A stretch of DNA of 42,882 nt, taken from Alloascoidea hylecoeti (lineage: Eukaryota). Every line of letters starts with the position of its first letter. Positions within the stretch are counted from its first letter, which is position 1. The DNA is taken from the NCBI GenBank assembly GCA_001600815.1, contig BCKZ01000004.1:1391566-1434447 (forward strand), given 5' to 3'. Position numbers and translations under genes: made by a program. This document shows positions 25,901 to 38,077 of this stretch, one piece after another. The notes below the pieces were generated by a model. That model was not told where the DNA came from, searched no databases, and worked only from the letters and a program-made list of their open reading frames with translations.

Positions 25901-27981
25901 AATAATATCTAATATTGTAACAATTCTTTGATCATTCATATCCATATCTAAAATTTTATCAGACAGAGATTTTATAAAATAACCAGCTGCGGAATATAAT
26001 GGAATCACAGGATTATTTACCTCTAGACTAACACTATTGACATCAACAGAACTTAGATTATCGTAATATGCTTCAACATATCTTATTGAACTAGATGCCA
26101 CGTCCTTATCAATATCAACCATACAGGCAACAATAGGCTCAAGATCTTTGTCAGCAACATTAATTATAACCGAATCACTTTTATCATTATAACCTTCGAA
26201 ATAAGAATATGGGTGGGGCATAAAAGCATAAAATACATTCATTAAGATTGGAAGACTCACTGTCTCAGAATTACTGGTTGATAGCGAACGTTTCGATGAA
26301 GTGCCACCTACAGCACGGGTCTTCAATAATAAACGAGCATGTTTTCTTATTAAAGCTCTTAAAGCTGTTGCATTTTGACTCATGCAACGTAGGTAAAATT
26401 TGAATAACTGAGGAATCGCACTTATAGCTCTTAATGAAGTCGACAAATAACAAACTGTAGCTGCATCTGCATTAAGGTTGTTCAATCTTTTATGTAATTT
26501 ATCCAGGACATAATCAGGTGAAAGAATAGAAAAAGTAGTAAAAGCTGAACAATATAATAAGATAAGAGATGGTGAAATTTCACCACCAAGATTTTCAAAT
26601 ACTAATTCAATTTCTTCAACAAGAGATAAATAAAATTTAATAATATAACTTTCTTTATCATATTTGAAAACTTTTGTAGCAATAATACCAACATTAATAA
26701 TTGAAGCAATTTGATTATCACCAACATTATTTGAATATAATTGATTTTTAAGATAAGTAAGAAGTTTTAACTTTTTTGTATTAGAAGTAAATCTTTTAAT
26801 ACCAGTTGATAAAAAAGCTGTAAAACAACTAGGAGTAAAACAAGCCAATATAGACATGAATCGATACAAAACTGATCTATATGGTGAAGATTCGGTGGTG
26901 GTATACATATAATCAAAAAAGGAAGAAGCTTCATTGGATAAAGAAGATCCCTCGGAAATGGCTTTGAAAAGTTCATCACCTCTAGCATTGATCCAATATT
27001 CCATATTAGCTGAAAGAAAGTTGAAAGCAACGGCTTGATGTAAAGGATTTCTAACTAAGCTTAAAAAGTGCCATAATTCTTGGAATACCATTGAAAGGGA
27101 ATTTTCAGTAATGTACAATGATCCCAAATAGTCAATAAATGGAACGACTCTCGTTTCGTTTTCGTTGGAACTCGAAACTTCAAATATTCCCAATTCATTG
27201 GTCAAAATAGAAAAAACATCTTTCCAATTCGCAGCTGACAAATATCTTATTATGTTTGAACAATAATCATCAATTTCTTGTAAAGTTGATCTATAAGGAT
27301 GTGTCTCATAGTCATTTTCAGAAGATAATTGTATACTTCCATTTGTAATAATAGTCATTGCTTCTATTATATCTTCTTGTGATTTTATTTTTCTTATGTG
27401 ATTAAATAAATTTTGAACAAGAGTAGAACTTAAAGTTCCAGGAATAACTGTATGATAAGGTAAAAATGGTTTAACATATCCTACCCTTCCAAATGAACTT
27501 GGAACTCGGCCTTTTGCAACTGGGGTTGGTTCTGAAGCTTCCCAATTTTCTTCAATACATTCTGATATCAATCGCATTACAATTAGAATAGAGGAAAGAG
27601 CATATATATTTTTTTTGGTAATTTTCTCATAAAGATCGCCCTTTAAAAACAAATAGATGTTAGTATTGAGTTTAAAGTAAACTATAGCTGAGCAATATAT
27701 GGAATCTCTTACCTTTTGTATATTATCTAATAAAGTCACAAAACCAACTAGGACATCAGAGATAAGTTTAGTCCTTGATAATTTGAACAAAGTAGTTTTC
27801 GTTGAAATGAATATTTTGTTTGCTTCCACATCTTCAATACTATTACCAGTTTCAATTGGCAACTAAACATTTTAATTTATAAGAATTAGTAATGGAAGAT
27901 ATTATCCACAAATATTTATAATCTTCTATGACATACTAATTTTGCAATTTGAGTGTGTAACTTTGGTATGATTTTGCTCAT
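19982..27981 (-). CDS. IRA2: Neurofibromin-like Ras GTPase-activating protein; exons 27981-27937, 27862-27713, 27640-19982; about 2617 aa
   Basis: RasGAP motifs LLRRNSVATRML, FLRFFCPAI and LAKVIQNMAN, followed by a Sec14/PH-like region. Intron 1 (27936-27863, GTATGT...TACTAAT...TAG) supplies an ATG exon MSKIIPKLHTQIAKL. Intron 2 is 27712-27641 (GTAAGA...TACTAAC...AAG). Homolog of the IRA1/IRA2 pair. Confidence 0.9.
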
Positions 27982-30900
27982 ATTGTATAAGTTATATATT
28001 CTTATAATATCCTATTTATAGGGTGTAATTAATCTTCTTTGTTTTCACTAATTTAAATTCGATTTTGAAAAGAGGATAAGTTTTATGATCTGTATTCTGT
28101 ACTGAACTTGGAAAATAAAGAGCAATTCTAGTTACTTAAATCAATGGTTGGTTTGAAATAAAAACAGATAGTAGTAATAATTATTATATTATCTGTTTGA
28201 TGTATACGGATATCCAAGGCCTCTATTAGGATTGGTATCTTTGTTCGTAAACCAGTTTAGACAACCAGTTTAAACATCCATCAATTATAGTCATCAACTA
28301 ATAGATTTGATTGCCATATTTTCAAGAATATTTCCGAGGCGTCTCTTTGATGAAACCCTTGACCATGGTTAGATTATTAAATTCATTGTATTTTCGATGT
28401 TAAATATAATATAAAGAAAATTCTAAATCACAATTGGAATTGGTAATTGTTGATTATTAACAGAAATAATATAAATTGTATTTTGTGACTGAGACGTTGT
28501 TTTCTGCCATTTCTATGTTAGAGCGTAATTAAATATGTTCTTTCCCTTGGTTTGTTTCATGTTCAGATAAATAGAAGCATTAAATTTAGTCTGTGAATAT
28601 CTCATTGAGTGATATATCCCATCGAGTGATATTTTGTAAGAGTATTATTAATATATTAATTAAAATACAGAATTTACACGTGCTTTTCTGTTTTGGAACA
28701 CCCTTTTCCGCTTTTCAATTACCAAAAACTATTATAATTAATAGTTGAACCATGAAGACTACTTGGTACAATAATAAGTTGGTATATTATTTGGTAGGAA
28801 ACAACATTTACGAAGAAACTTACAGCCAGGTCAAATCAAAACTTACACTTTTTTGGGCACCGCTCGGAAGACCCACTACTCTGAGATACAGTGCCCTTTT
28901 AAGAAATCATGGATATGTAATTTTTCTGACCCTAAAAGGTGTTATCCAAATAAAAATAAGCGAATTCGAAGAAACAGAAATATATGGTTTAAAGATAGAT
29001 TCAAGTAATCTCCAGGACGTTTGAGATGATGTTGTATTCAATGACGAATGTTCAGTCGTTACGGGATCCAGATCTGGAAGATTATAAGATCATGAATCAT
29101 TGTGATCCACCACAATCAGGCTAGGCATTTGAACCTCAAAATATATAAAATAGAAGTCTGTAAGTCTTATGTATGGATAGGAATTTGGAAAGATAGTCGT
29201 AGTTCACTGTATATAATTATAAAGGTTAGTGATCCTAATACTCCATAAAGTAGCTCGCGATCGAGTGACAGCCGTTTTGGGTCAATTTTAAGGGCGCTAA
29301 AACTAAATACTAATAAATTTTACATCAAACGTCATGATCATTTCACAACCGGTGTGATTGTTATATCAAGGAGGCATCACACTTAATAAGAAAATGGAAG
29401 TAGGATAAGCATCTTATATATTGAGAATCAATCGAAAGAGTTACAATCTATCAACCTCAAGGCTCGAGATAACTGATTATAATTAATCAAGAACCTATGA
29501 GAAGTACAAAAACGAATAGCTCAATTATATAAGTCTATATAGTAAAGTCCAAGTAAACATAGATATCGATCTGTTTGTATAACACCGTATAATAGCTATA
29601 TAGACCCTATATTATTCTTAAGTTCGGCAAATAGTCTCGAGAAAAGTACAATCCTCTAGCTACAAGAATTCTAGTTCTTATGTAGTAATTTGTGGAGCTA
29701 CTAAATAATTAACGATTGGTTGAAAATGATACCTATAGTAAGAAATGAGCATTCTCTTGGCCACTAGCTAGAATACCTGGCGCTAACTGAACTGCAGCTG
29801 ATCTATTACGTTCTAAAATACTAATAACATGAGATCTAAGCTTTAAATTATATCGATCTCATGTTATCGGGGTCAGGTATTACATTGTATTATTCAACAA
29901 TTTTTTAAAAGCCATTCAAGTATTTCTCCAAATTTCAAAATAACTTATAAGTTATATGCATTCTCACTTTCTCATACTACAAGGTTGTGGGCTCCACTTT
30001 GATTTGAATTTAGATATTGATAGATCGATGGATCTAGAGAATGAAATGAATTCGAATATTTACACCAGCCCATAAATATGATTAGAATTAAAATAAAATT
30101 CTAGATTTAAATATTTTTTTGTATAATTATAAAAATAAATACTGCAATACATGTGAAAGTACATCTCAAATTAAAATACCGCGAGAAGAAGGAAAAACAC
30201 GTTAATTAATTAACAAGTAATTATTATTTGTTTACAATAGCGAAATAATTTTTTACTATATGGTAGCTATATAAATAGATCACCTTATATAGGTTTATAC
30301 ATGTTTATACCGGCGGTATAGCTAGTTCGATTACCTTGAGGCTTGAACTCGATCGTAGCCCATGGGTGTGTCTTTCGTAAAGTATAATGTATAATTATAA
30401 TACAAAAGTTATGCTTAAATAAATACATAATTATAAATCGTCGTATTTATTGTAAGCTTATAAGCTTAAACTAATTAATTAATTGTTATAATATGAACAA
30501 AAGTATTAATATTTATTAATCAATTGTATGGCTGCAATCAATGTTTAAAACAATTCTAGAGAGATACCATGGCCATGGTGAAAAGTGAAGTCGACTGGAC
30601 GTCTTTACTTAATTTCTTATCTTTTAATTGTACAATTACAATATTGATTTTTGCAATTGGCTCTGGAAGCAAGAAAATAACCGTTTCATTAGAGATTTAG
30701 ATATCGACATGTTTTGACTCTCTTTGAGCCAGATATGGAAAAAAATACGACATAGGGCGAGCTCGAGGAAAGTCATTTGATCATAAATACCTAGACGTTC
30801 AACAATCAATAATTAATATCTAATGTATATTGTATACATCAGAAAGAAGTTTTTCTCTTAGTATGAAAAATTGCTAATCAATTGAGCTTCGGGTATATTT

Positions 30901-31149
30901 GTGGCTTATAATTATTATACATCTAATATTCAGCTACAGTCAGTACTAGCTTAAAAGGTTTATATAGTAAATAGAACAAAGGATTGGCTTGGGACTTTCA
31001 GTATACATGATGGGGTTAACTCTTCGGTAGACAAATATAAATCAGATCCATCTAGAAGTTATAAGAAGAAAAAGAAGAATATCTACTTAGAAGAAGTTAT
31101 TATACAGATCTCTAAGGTTTTGCACTAAATATTTGGTATAGACATATAG

Positions 31150-31422
31150 TTAAGTGGATAAATTATAGAAAATATATAAATAAGATGATACAGGCTTGGA
31201 AGGGTTTAATTCTGTATTATCAATATTTGGATCTTTATCAGCGATTGTTGAAGTTGTAAGCTTTTCCAACAACATATCAAACTTATTTGATAGATCGTCA
31301 AACCGATCCTCAAGGTGTTTGCTCATATTATTGATTTTCACATTAACCTCTGATTTGAATTCCTCAAATTGGGGAAGAATACTATTAGCAGTTGCTCTAC
31401 CTGGGTTACTTGTTTCAACCAT
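31150..31422 (-). pseudogene. Short ORF with a coiled-coil segment; possible degraded gene or element remnant
   Basis: 90-aa ATG ORF; FEEFKSEVNVKINNMSKHLEDRFDDLSNKFDMLLEKL has a heptad pattern and then decays into AT-rich sequence. Family not recognised. Confidence 0.3.
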
Positions 31423-31561
31423 TTTACCTTATTTATTAGTTCAGATAACTTGAGTTCGTTATGATATGTAACTAAGGTGTTTTGTGGTTGGTCATTTATT
31501 ATAAATAGAAAACTCTATTTCATGACCACATTTTCACATATTTTCTTGAATTTAAGTCATC

Positions 31562-31760
31562 TAGTAATTACACTTAATTGCGGCCATACTTATTACTAAA
31601 TATCGGTCGTCTAAGTAGCAAATATTAGCCCGTTATTACCGATATAACCGATATGACCTGTAAATGTTGAGAATTTGTGATGCCAAACTCGGTCGAAACT
31701 AAATAACGAGGTTGGCCGATATTTGGTAGTCAGTTTGGCTAAGATTTAGTGGAATTACTG
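31562..31760. mobile_element. MITE-like element, about 199 bp, with about 47-bp imperfect terminal inverted repeats
   Basis: Left TAGTAATTACACTTAATTGCGGCCATACTTATTACTAAATATCGGTC aligns without gaps to the reverse complement of the right end, CAGTAATTCCACTAAATCTTAGCCAAACTGACTACCAAATATCGGCC. TA flanks are not preserved. Confidence 0.6.
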
Positions 31761-31999
31761 TTTGTGGTGGCTACAAAAATCAATAGTATATGATACGCAA
31801 AGACTTTACCTTTTTAGTCGAAGAAACTGTGTAATTATAAGTTTAATTAAAGTATGCAGTTTATAAATCTTTATAAGGTTATTGATTATATGTTCCTAAA
31901 TGGCTAGCGAAACTATAGAGTCTCATGAAACTACGTTACATAAGCACACATATAATCAATGTCGTTTTATTTTTCAAAATTTAATATGATATATACACA

Positions 32000-32846
32000 C
32001 TAATCTTGTTCAGCAATTGCTATTAATCTTTCATCAATTTCATCAGGTGTCAAGGTTTTGAAAATTCCACCAGGTGTCCCATCTTTATTTGTAATAGCAA
32101 TACCAACTTCTAAATCATTCTTCTTAAAATCAGTGGATAAAACATTGGAGAAAACAATAATTGCAGCTTCAACAACTTCTTTCCAATCTCCAGGAACATA
32201 TTTTCTACCATCTTGACTTGGATCAGCTTTAATTTTCTTAAATTTTTTCTCTAAAGCAGTAATTATCTCCTGTTGTTTTGGTCCTGTGGATGTAGCTTGA
32301 TAGCCAATGAAATAACCAGCAGGATCACATTTAAAAATTTGAGGTCCAACTTCATCATCGATTGCGATAAAAGTTAAACTCACACCTAGTGGTCTCATAT
32401 AAGCTCTTTGAGTGTAAACTTGACTTAAATTGGCGATTCTTTTAGCTAAAACTGAAACAGGGATAGAGTATCCATTCTTATATCTGAATTCGGCAGCTTC
32501 CTGCTTTGCTCTGTTTGCAAGATTTCTGGCGTCTGCAATTGCACCTGTAGCGAGAACACCAATGTTTTGATTAATTTGAAATAAGTAAGTAACAGTCTCT
32601 GGGTCTAGTAACTTATCAGGAACCTTCTTCTGAGATATAACAACTGCTGAATCCTTTCCTGTTACGGCAATTGATGAAATGTTTGTTGAGGTGATTGCCT
32701 TAAAAGCGTACTCTACTTGATAGAGACGTCCTTCAGGAGAAAAGATGGTAATGTGACGGTCAAACCCTGCGTTTCCTTTATGCCCAGAAATAGTTAACAA
32801 TTAAATTTAGCAACGGAATTATAAAAATTAGAGTCTTACCTGACAT
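32000..32846 (-). CDS. SCL1: 20S proteasome alpha-1 subunit; exons 32846-32840 and 32775-32000; about 260 aa
   Basis: Spliced N-terminus [58 protein letters not shown]. 64-nt intron GTAAGA...GTTAAC...AAG. Confidence 0.95.
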
Positions 32847-32990
32847 AATGACAAAACAATTGACAATTGACGATGGCGAGAGAGAAGGTTTTGGTGGTGA
32901 AGTAGAAACTAAGATAGTGGCAAACAACACCCATACACCCTCATCTGTGTTTCACACAAATCTTTTTGTGTCACAAAAAGTACTATTGGT

Positions 32991-34322
32991 ATGGATACGA
33001 CAACTCTTACTTATGACTCCAAAACAGAGTCTGGTCACCAGTACACCTTTATAGAAGAGCCCTCACGGGTTTCATACCATCATTCTCTACAGGCCCCAAA
33101 GTACCATTTTGGTGTACGACACCCGATGAAACCATTTCGTTTAATGCTTACAGATCATTTAGTATTTGGTTACAATTTACACCTTTTAATGGATTTATAT
33201 TCACCTCCTAGAGCTTCTTCACAAGAACTAATGGAATTCCACAATCCTGAATATATTGAATTCTTGGAAAGGATTTCACCAGAGACGGCGTCAAAATGGA
33301 CGAAACAATTTCCCAAATTCAATATTGGCGATGATTGTCCTATTTTTGATGGAATGTACGACTTTGCAACAATATATGCTGGTTGTTCGTTAGATGCTTC
33401 TAGGAAATTGGTATCTGGATTAAGTGACATTGCGATTAATTGGAGTGGAGGTTTACATCATGCAAAAAAAAGTGAACCTAGTGGATTTTGTTATGTGAAT
33501 GACATAGTACTTGGAATATTGAACTTACTGAGAGTGCATCCCAGAGTTTTATACATAGATATCGATGTTCATCATGGAGATGGTGTCCAGGAAGCTTTTT
33601 ATCTTACAGACCGAGTAATGACTTTATCATTTCACAAATATAATGGAGAGTATTTTCCGGGTACAGGAAACTACGATGAAGTTGGATTAGGTCGAGGGAA
33701 ACATTTTGCGCTGAATGTTCCTCTGAGAGATGGAATAGATGATGATTCTTATATTAGATTGTTTAAATCCATAGTGGAGCCTGTGATATCAACTTATCAA
33801 CCTTCAGCTATTGTTCAACAATGTGGTGCTGATTCATTAGGTGGTGATAGATTAGGGAGATTCAACTTAAATATAAAAGCGCATACAGAATGCGTCAAAT
33901 TTGTTAAAAGTTTTGGTTTACCCATGTTAGTTGTTGGTGGCGGCGGATATACTCCAAGAAATGTTTCAAGACTATGGACAAATGAAACAGCCATGTTGTT
34001 AGGCGTTGAACCAAATCCAAAACTTCCATCAGAAACACCGTTCTTACCTTATTTTGGGCCTGATTATTCTCTTCATCCATCACTATCGGGTAGAGTGGAA
34101 AACGATAATACAAGAGCATACCTGGATTCTTTACGATCAAATATCTTACAACAGCTACGATATTTAAATGGAGCACCCAGTGTTCAATTTAATGAAATCC
34201 CCGATGATCCTTGGAGGTTAAGTGATGAGGAAGAGAAGGAAATTGAAGATCTGAATGAAAGTGAAAGACAACAACAGGAAATGAAGGATGAAGCAAGGAT
34301 GAAGGAGCAATACGTGGATTAA
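32991..34322 (+). CDS. HOS2: Class I histone deacetylase Hos2
   Basis: [60 protein letters not shown] and [14 protein letters not shown]; the FRLMLTDHL and PSGFCY variants fit Hos2 rather than Rpd3. Confidence 0.93.
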   Translation: MDTTTLTYDSKTESGHQYTFIEEPSRVSYHHSLQAPKYHFGVRHPMKPFRLMLTDHLVFGYNLHLLMDLYSPPRASSQELMEFHNPEYIEFLERISPETASKWTKQFPKFNIGDDCPIFDGMYDFATIYAGCSLDASRKLVSGLSDIAINWSGGLHHAKKSEPSGFCYVNDIVLGILNLLRVHPRVLYIDIDVHHGDGVQEAFYLTDRVMTLSFHKYNGEYFPGTGNYDEVGLGRGKHFALNVPLRDGIDDDSYIRLFKSIVEPVISTYQPSAIVQQCGADSLGGDRLGRFNLNIKAHTECVKFVKSFGLPMLVVGGGGYTPRNVSRLWTNETAMLLGVEPNPKLPSETPFLPYFGPDYSLHPSLSGRVENDNTRAYLDSLRSNILQQLRYLNGAPSVQFNEIPDDPWRLSDEEEKEIEDLNESERQQQEMKDEARMKEQYVD

Positions 34323-35584
34323 TTGAATTCAAAATGGGTAATGTAAAAAAATGTATAGTATCAGTTAGGATGGACTTAAAAGTTTTGTTTCTCTTTTTCT
34401 TGCTTTCAATATGCTTAAGCTCTCTATAAGGTTGAGTATATTGTTTGTGTAATATACATGATCTTATAGAGTGATGATATCAATGATATAAAATGATGTG
34501 TCAAAAGTCATATTTAATTAATATCAACAGTAAATGATTAGCTGAAGCTTAAGTGAATTTATACACTATGAAATGACTTCATCTCTTAAAATAGAAATTA
34601 ATTCATTATGTACAACAATAACAAATACTTTAACGCGTAATTCATTTAATATTAACTATTTCATACAAAAATGCTGCAAACTATAGCATAAGTAATGAGA
34701 AGTTAAAGCCCTACAGTAAACGGATTTGCGGATAATTACGTATTAGATCTAGATCTATCTGTGTTCTCTGAGTTTGATCAGGTAAAAGTATACCAAATTT
34801 TATTCTATTCGATCTCTGTAAATTCATATTGAAAAATATTTATAGTAAGACTTATTCAAGTCCATCAGCTTTATTTTGAAATCACAGGCGTTACTAAGTT
34901 AACTCCGATACTTTTAATGTTTTCTTTATTTTTATAATTCTTAAAGGTTCATAACTATTGTCGACACCTTCAAACTGTCCGGATCCTACAACTCCAAACC
35001 CATCCGCGATAAGCTTATAATGATTTATAAATAAGTGACATAATATCTACGCAGGGACCTGCAGGTACAAAGTCACTCAATAAATGGTAGCCTACTTTTA
35101 TTTTTTTTAAATAAAATGATGGTTTGGTGATGTATCTTTAATAATAATATAATCTGAATCATCAATGTTTGAATAGTTTGATACAGAGGTTGTGTTTGAG
35201 ATTTATTGCAATATTTATTAGAAACATAAAGAGCTAGTAAATATTATATAAAGGAAAAAAAGTTTAAGATTAATATTATTAAATCTATAGTAAATAAAAG
35301 GAGTTAAGGGTATAGAGTATTTCATTATAATCATAAGAACCCAGTACTTATTTGTGTTTATAGCTATAGATCTATGTCACTATAGCTACTAAAGTCATAT
35401 TTGAGCTCGTAATTCTATAGTAATTACTACTTGTGCTTGAAACTTATTTCTCAATTTTAATATCTTTTATTCAATTAAACTAAACATCATAAAACTATAT
35501 TTATCACTATATAAGCTTATATCTTCATAATTAACATGGTGCAATTTTGCAATTGTCCAACATATCGCTATCAATCATTATAAT

Positions 35585-36016
35585 TTACTCGATAACACGA
35601 ATGGCAATTCCAAGAGATCCAGATGGAGCGTTGGATGTTGCATACCAATAAACATTATAACTTCCATCATCATTTTCCAAAACAGTTGCATGCTCTTCAC
35701 CATTCAAAGCTAAATGGTTATCAACAACAGACCAACCAGTAATGGAACTACCTGAACCATCTGGAGAGTAGGTAAGCTTATTGTTATCAGTAATATCGAG
35801 GTAATAAGAAGTTCCTGGCGCGACTTCAACCTTTCCATCTGAAGTTATAGTAGCATTGATTGCAGTACCTTTTCCAAGAACAACATCATAAGATTCTGAT
35901 GTAAGAGAAAGAGGTAAATATTGGACAGCACTTCCTGAACGAATAGAAATTAGACCAACGGCAGAAGCATAAGTAGCTAAAGAAAGAGCAGCAGCAATAG
36001 AAGTAGCGAATTTCAT
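35585..36016 (-). CDS. Secreted Cwp1-like cell-wall protein, copy A
   Basis: Signal peptide MKFATSIAAALSLATYASA. GLISIRSGSAVQY, ATITSDGK, GWSVVDNHL and LGIAIR parallel the Cwp1 N-terminal domain (GLVSIRSGSDLQY, ATITDDGK, GFSIKDGHL, GVAIR). No Ser-rich, PIR or GPI tail. Confidence 0.8.
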   Translation of the reverse strand: MKFATSIAAALSLATYASAVGLISIRSGSAVQYLPLSLTSESYDVVLGKGTAINATITSDGKVEVAPGTSYYLDITDNNKLTYSPDGSGSSITGWSVVDNHLALNGEEHATVLENDDGSYNVYWYATSNAPSGSLGIAIRVIE

Positions 36017-37367
36017 TTTTAATGATTTCTGAGGAATTATCTGATATATGAATCTGATAAATAACTTACAAAAGTTGAGGATAATAAACCAATTTATACT
36101 TTTCTTTTGAAGGGTTTAACATCTATAGAATGGATCTAGCCAGCTAGATGTTTTTGAGACAAATATTAATCTATCCTATCATATGGCTGTATCTTCTTAA
36201 ATATATTAGAAGAAATATGAGATCATTTTATTGGAATTCTATATCGAGATCTCTGAATATAATGTTCCTCTAAAATAATTAAAGAAAGCTGTCATTTTCT
36301 GAAATTAAACAATTACTGTATGTTTATTATGATTAATTGGATCAGCGGATACTTAATTATGATTAAATTAACGTTTCTTAAAGCCTCATAACTACTGGTA
36401 TTTATAATGGTTTCAAATAAATTTTCAGTCCATAATTATTTATAGATTTATGTAAGAAAAGACCATATATATGGTTTTCATGTAAAGATTAGCTATAGCT
36501 GATCATGGTACTAAATTTTGTTACCAATCCAAATCAAATAACGATTGGCTATGCTATATAGTGGGTTTAGCTGCCCTTAATAGATATCTTCATCAACTTG
36601 TAATTATTGTAATTATTGCAACTATGACTATAACATACATATAAATTTGGCGTCTTTATCTTCTTTATTATTAACTTAAGTATACGTGTTAATTATTATA
36701 AGATAGAAAGCAATTAAATTATGAAATATGAGATGTAATGTGTGTACAATATGTATCTTACTCTACTACCTTTAACATTTTAATATATATCAGGGGTAAG
36801 TTTGAAGCTCATACACAGAGATGGAGACACCACTGGCGCTATAGTTAAGCTTAATTAGAGGTTGCAATTGAATACTCAAATGAGACAATTATAATAAACT
36901 GTCTTACCATATTTAAAAACCGTTATTTTTATATGTCTTTCAATTTTAAATTTAGTTTATTAGCTTGAAAATTGATCCGAGATGTATCGTAGCTGTAGTT
37001 ATATGATGTAATCATGCATAAACGAGCACCTAACCTTAAATAAAGAACAACGCCATGCTTTAAACAAACTGAGACATGTTTAAGGCCTTCTTTGCATTTA
37101 AAGTACCCAATATAATTATATTAATTAATCCGAGTTTCTAATGATTATAAAGGTCTGTGGTTATGCATTAGCTGTAGTTAAGCTACATGCTTTTTTTTAT
37201 ATATGGGTCTAAAGAATAATGAAGGGTTAAAAACATCTAGCTGGCTAGATCCATTCTATAGATGTTAAACCCTTCAAAAGAAAAGTATAAATTGGTTTAT
37301 TATCCTCAACTTTTGTAAGTTATTTATCAGATTCATATATCAGATAATTCCTCAGAAATCATTAAAA

Positions 37368-37799
37368 ATGAAATTCGCTACTTCTATTGCTGCTGCTCTT
37401 TCTTTAGCTACTTATGCTTCTGCCGTTGGTCTAATTTCTATTCGTTCAGGAAGTGCTGTCCAATATTTACCTCTTTCTCTTACATCAGAATCTTATGATG
37501 TTGTTCTTGGAAAAGGTACTGCAATCAATGCTACTATAACTTCAGATGGAAAGGTTGAAGTCGCGCCAGGAACTTCTTATTACCTCGATATTACTGATAA
37601 CAATAAGCTTACCTACTCTCCAGATGGTTCAGGTAGTTCCATTACTGGTTGGTCTGTTGTTGATAACCATTTAGCTTTGAATGGTGAAGAGCATGCAACT
37701 GTTTTGGAAAATGATGATGGAAGTTATAATGTTTATTGGTATGCAACATCCAACGCTCCATCTGGATCTCTTGGAATTGCCATTCGTGTTATCGAGTAA
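37368..37799 (+). CDS. Secreted Cwp1-like cell-wall protein, copy B (identical to copy A)
   Basis: Same 143-aa translation as 35585-36016; TATAAA at about 37286. Confidence 0.8.
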   Translation: MKFATSIAAALSLATYASAVGLISIRSGSAVQYLPLSLTSESYDVVLGKGTAINATITSDGKVEVAPGTSYYLDITDNNKLTYSPDGSGSSITGWSVVDNHLALNGEEHATVLENDDGSYNVYWYATSNAPSGSLGIAIRVIE

Positions 37800-38077
37800 A
37801 TAAAATTACTATTATTAGAAACATTGGATTTAATATTATTAAATAAATGTCAGTTTGTTGAAGTTAATTATCGATAGTTTTATAGCTAAATATGATTGGA
37901 TTAATAATAATGATAATGAAATTTGTTGCTTATTTTGACTGTATTTCTAGTTATTGTTTGAGAGTTTTTTTTTCTCAATAAAATCCTGATACCACGCACC
38001 CAAATTGGAATTGATAGAAGTGACCTATTAGTTATTGTGACCAGTTGGTGTGGTCTTTCCCCTCGTTATAAGCTATA

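Larger units (their letters stand above)
35583..37801. repeat. 573-bp inverted repeat (arms 35583-36155 and 37229-37801) around a 1,073-bp unique spacer
   Basis: No mismatch seen between the arms by eye. Each arm is the full CDS plus 139 bp upstream plus 2 bp downstream of the stop. Confidence 0.95.

Noticed and set aside
28752..29024. 90-aa ORF upstream of IRA
   Set aside because: No recognisable motif; a length reachable by chance. Not called as a gene.
30312..30335. tRNA-like GGCGGTATAGCT...GTTCGATT
   Set aside because: The two box-like pieces are adjacent with no anticodon arm or acceptor stem; GTTCGAATC at 931 likewise lacks a cloverleaf.
31735..31752. U2 snRNA-like TTTGGCTAAGAT
   Set aside because: No GTGTAGTA branch-pairing sequence follows, and it lies within a MITE-like terminal repeat.
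4654..34176. Short antisense or overlapping ORFs in the track (for example 20730-21272, 23688-24020, 18005-18238, 33170-33430)
   Set aside because: They are shadows of real genes on the other strand or frame. ORFs 7495-7722, 7620-7862, 9520-9774 and 9740-10360 overlap the spliced ENT and SSL1 genes.
32991..34322. Alternative CUG decoding (Ser or Ala)
   Set aside because: CTG occupies conserved Leu positions in HOS2 (NLLR, ALNVPL) and SSL1 (KDLL), so the standard code fits.
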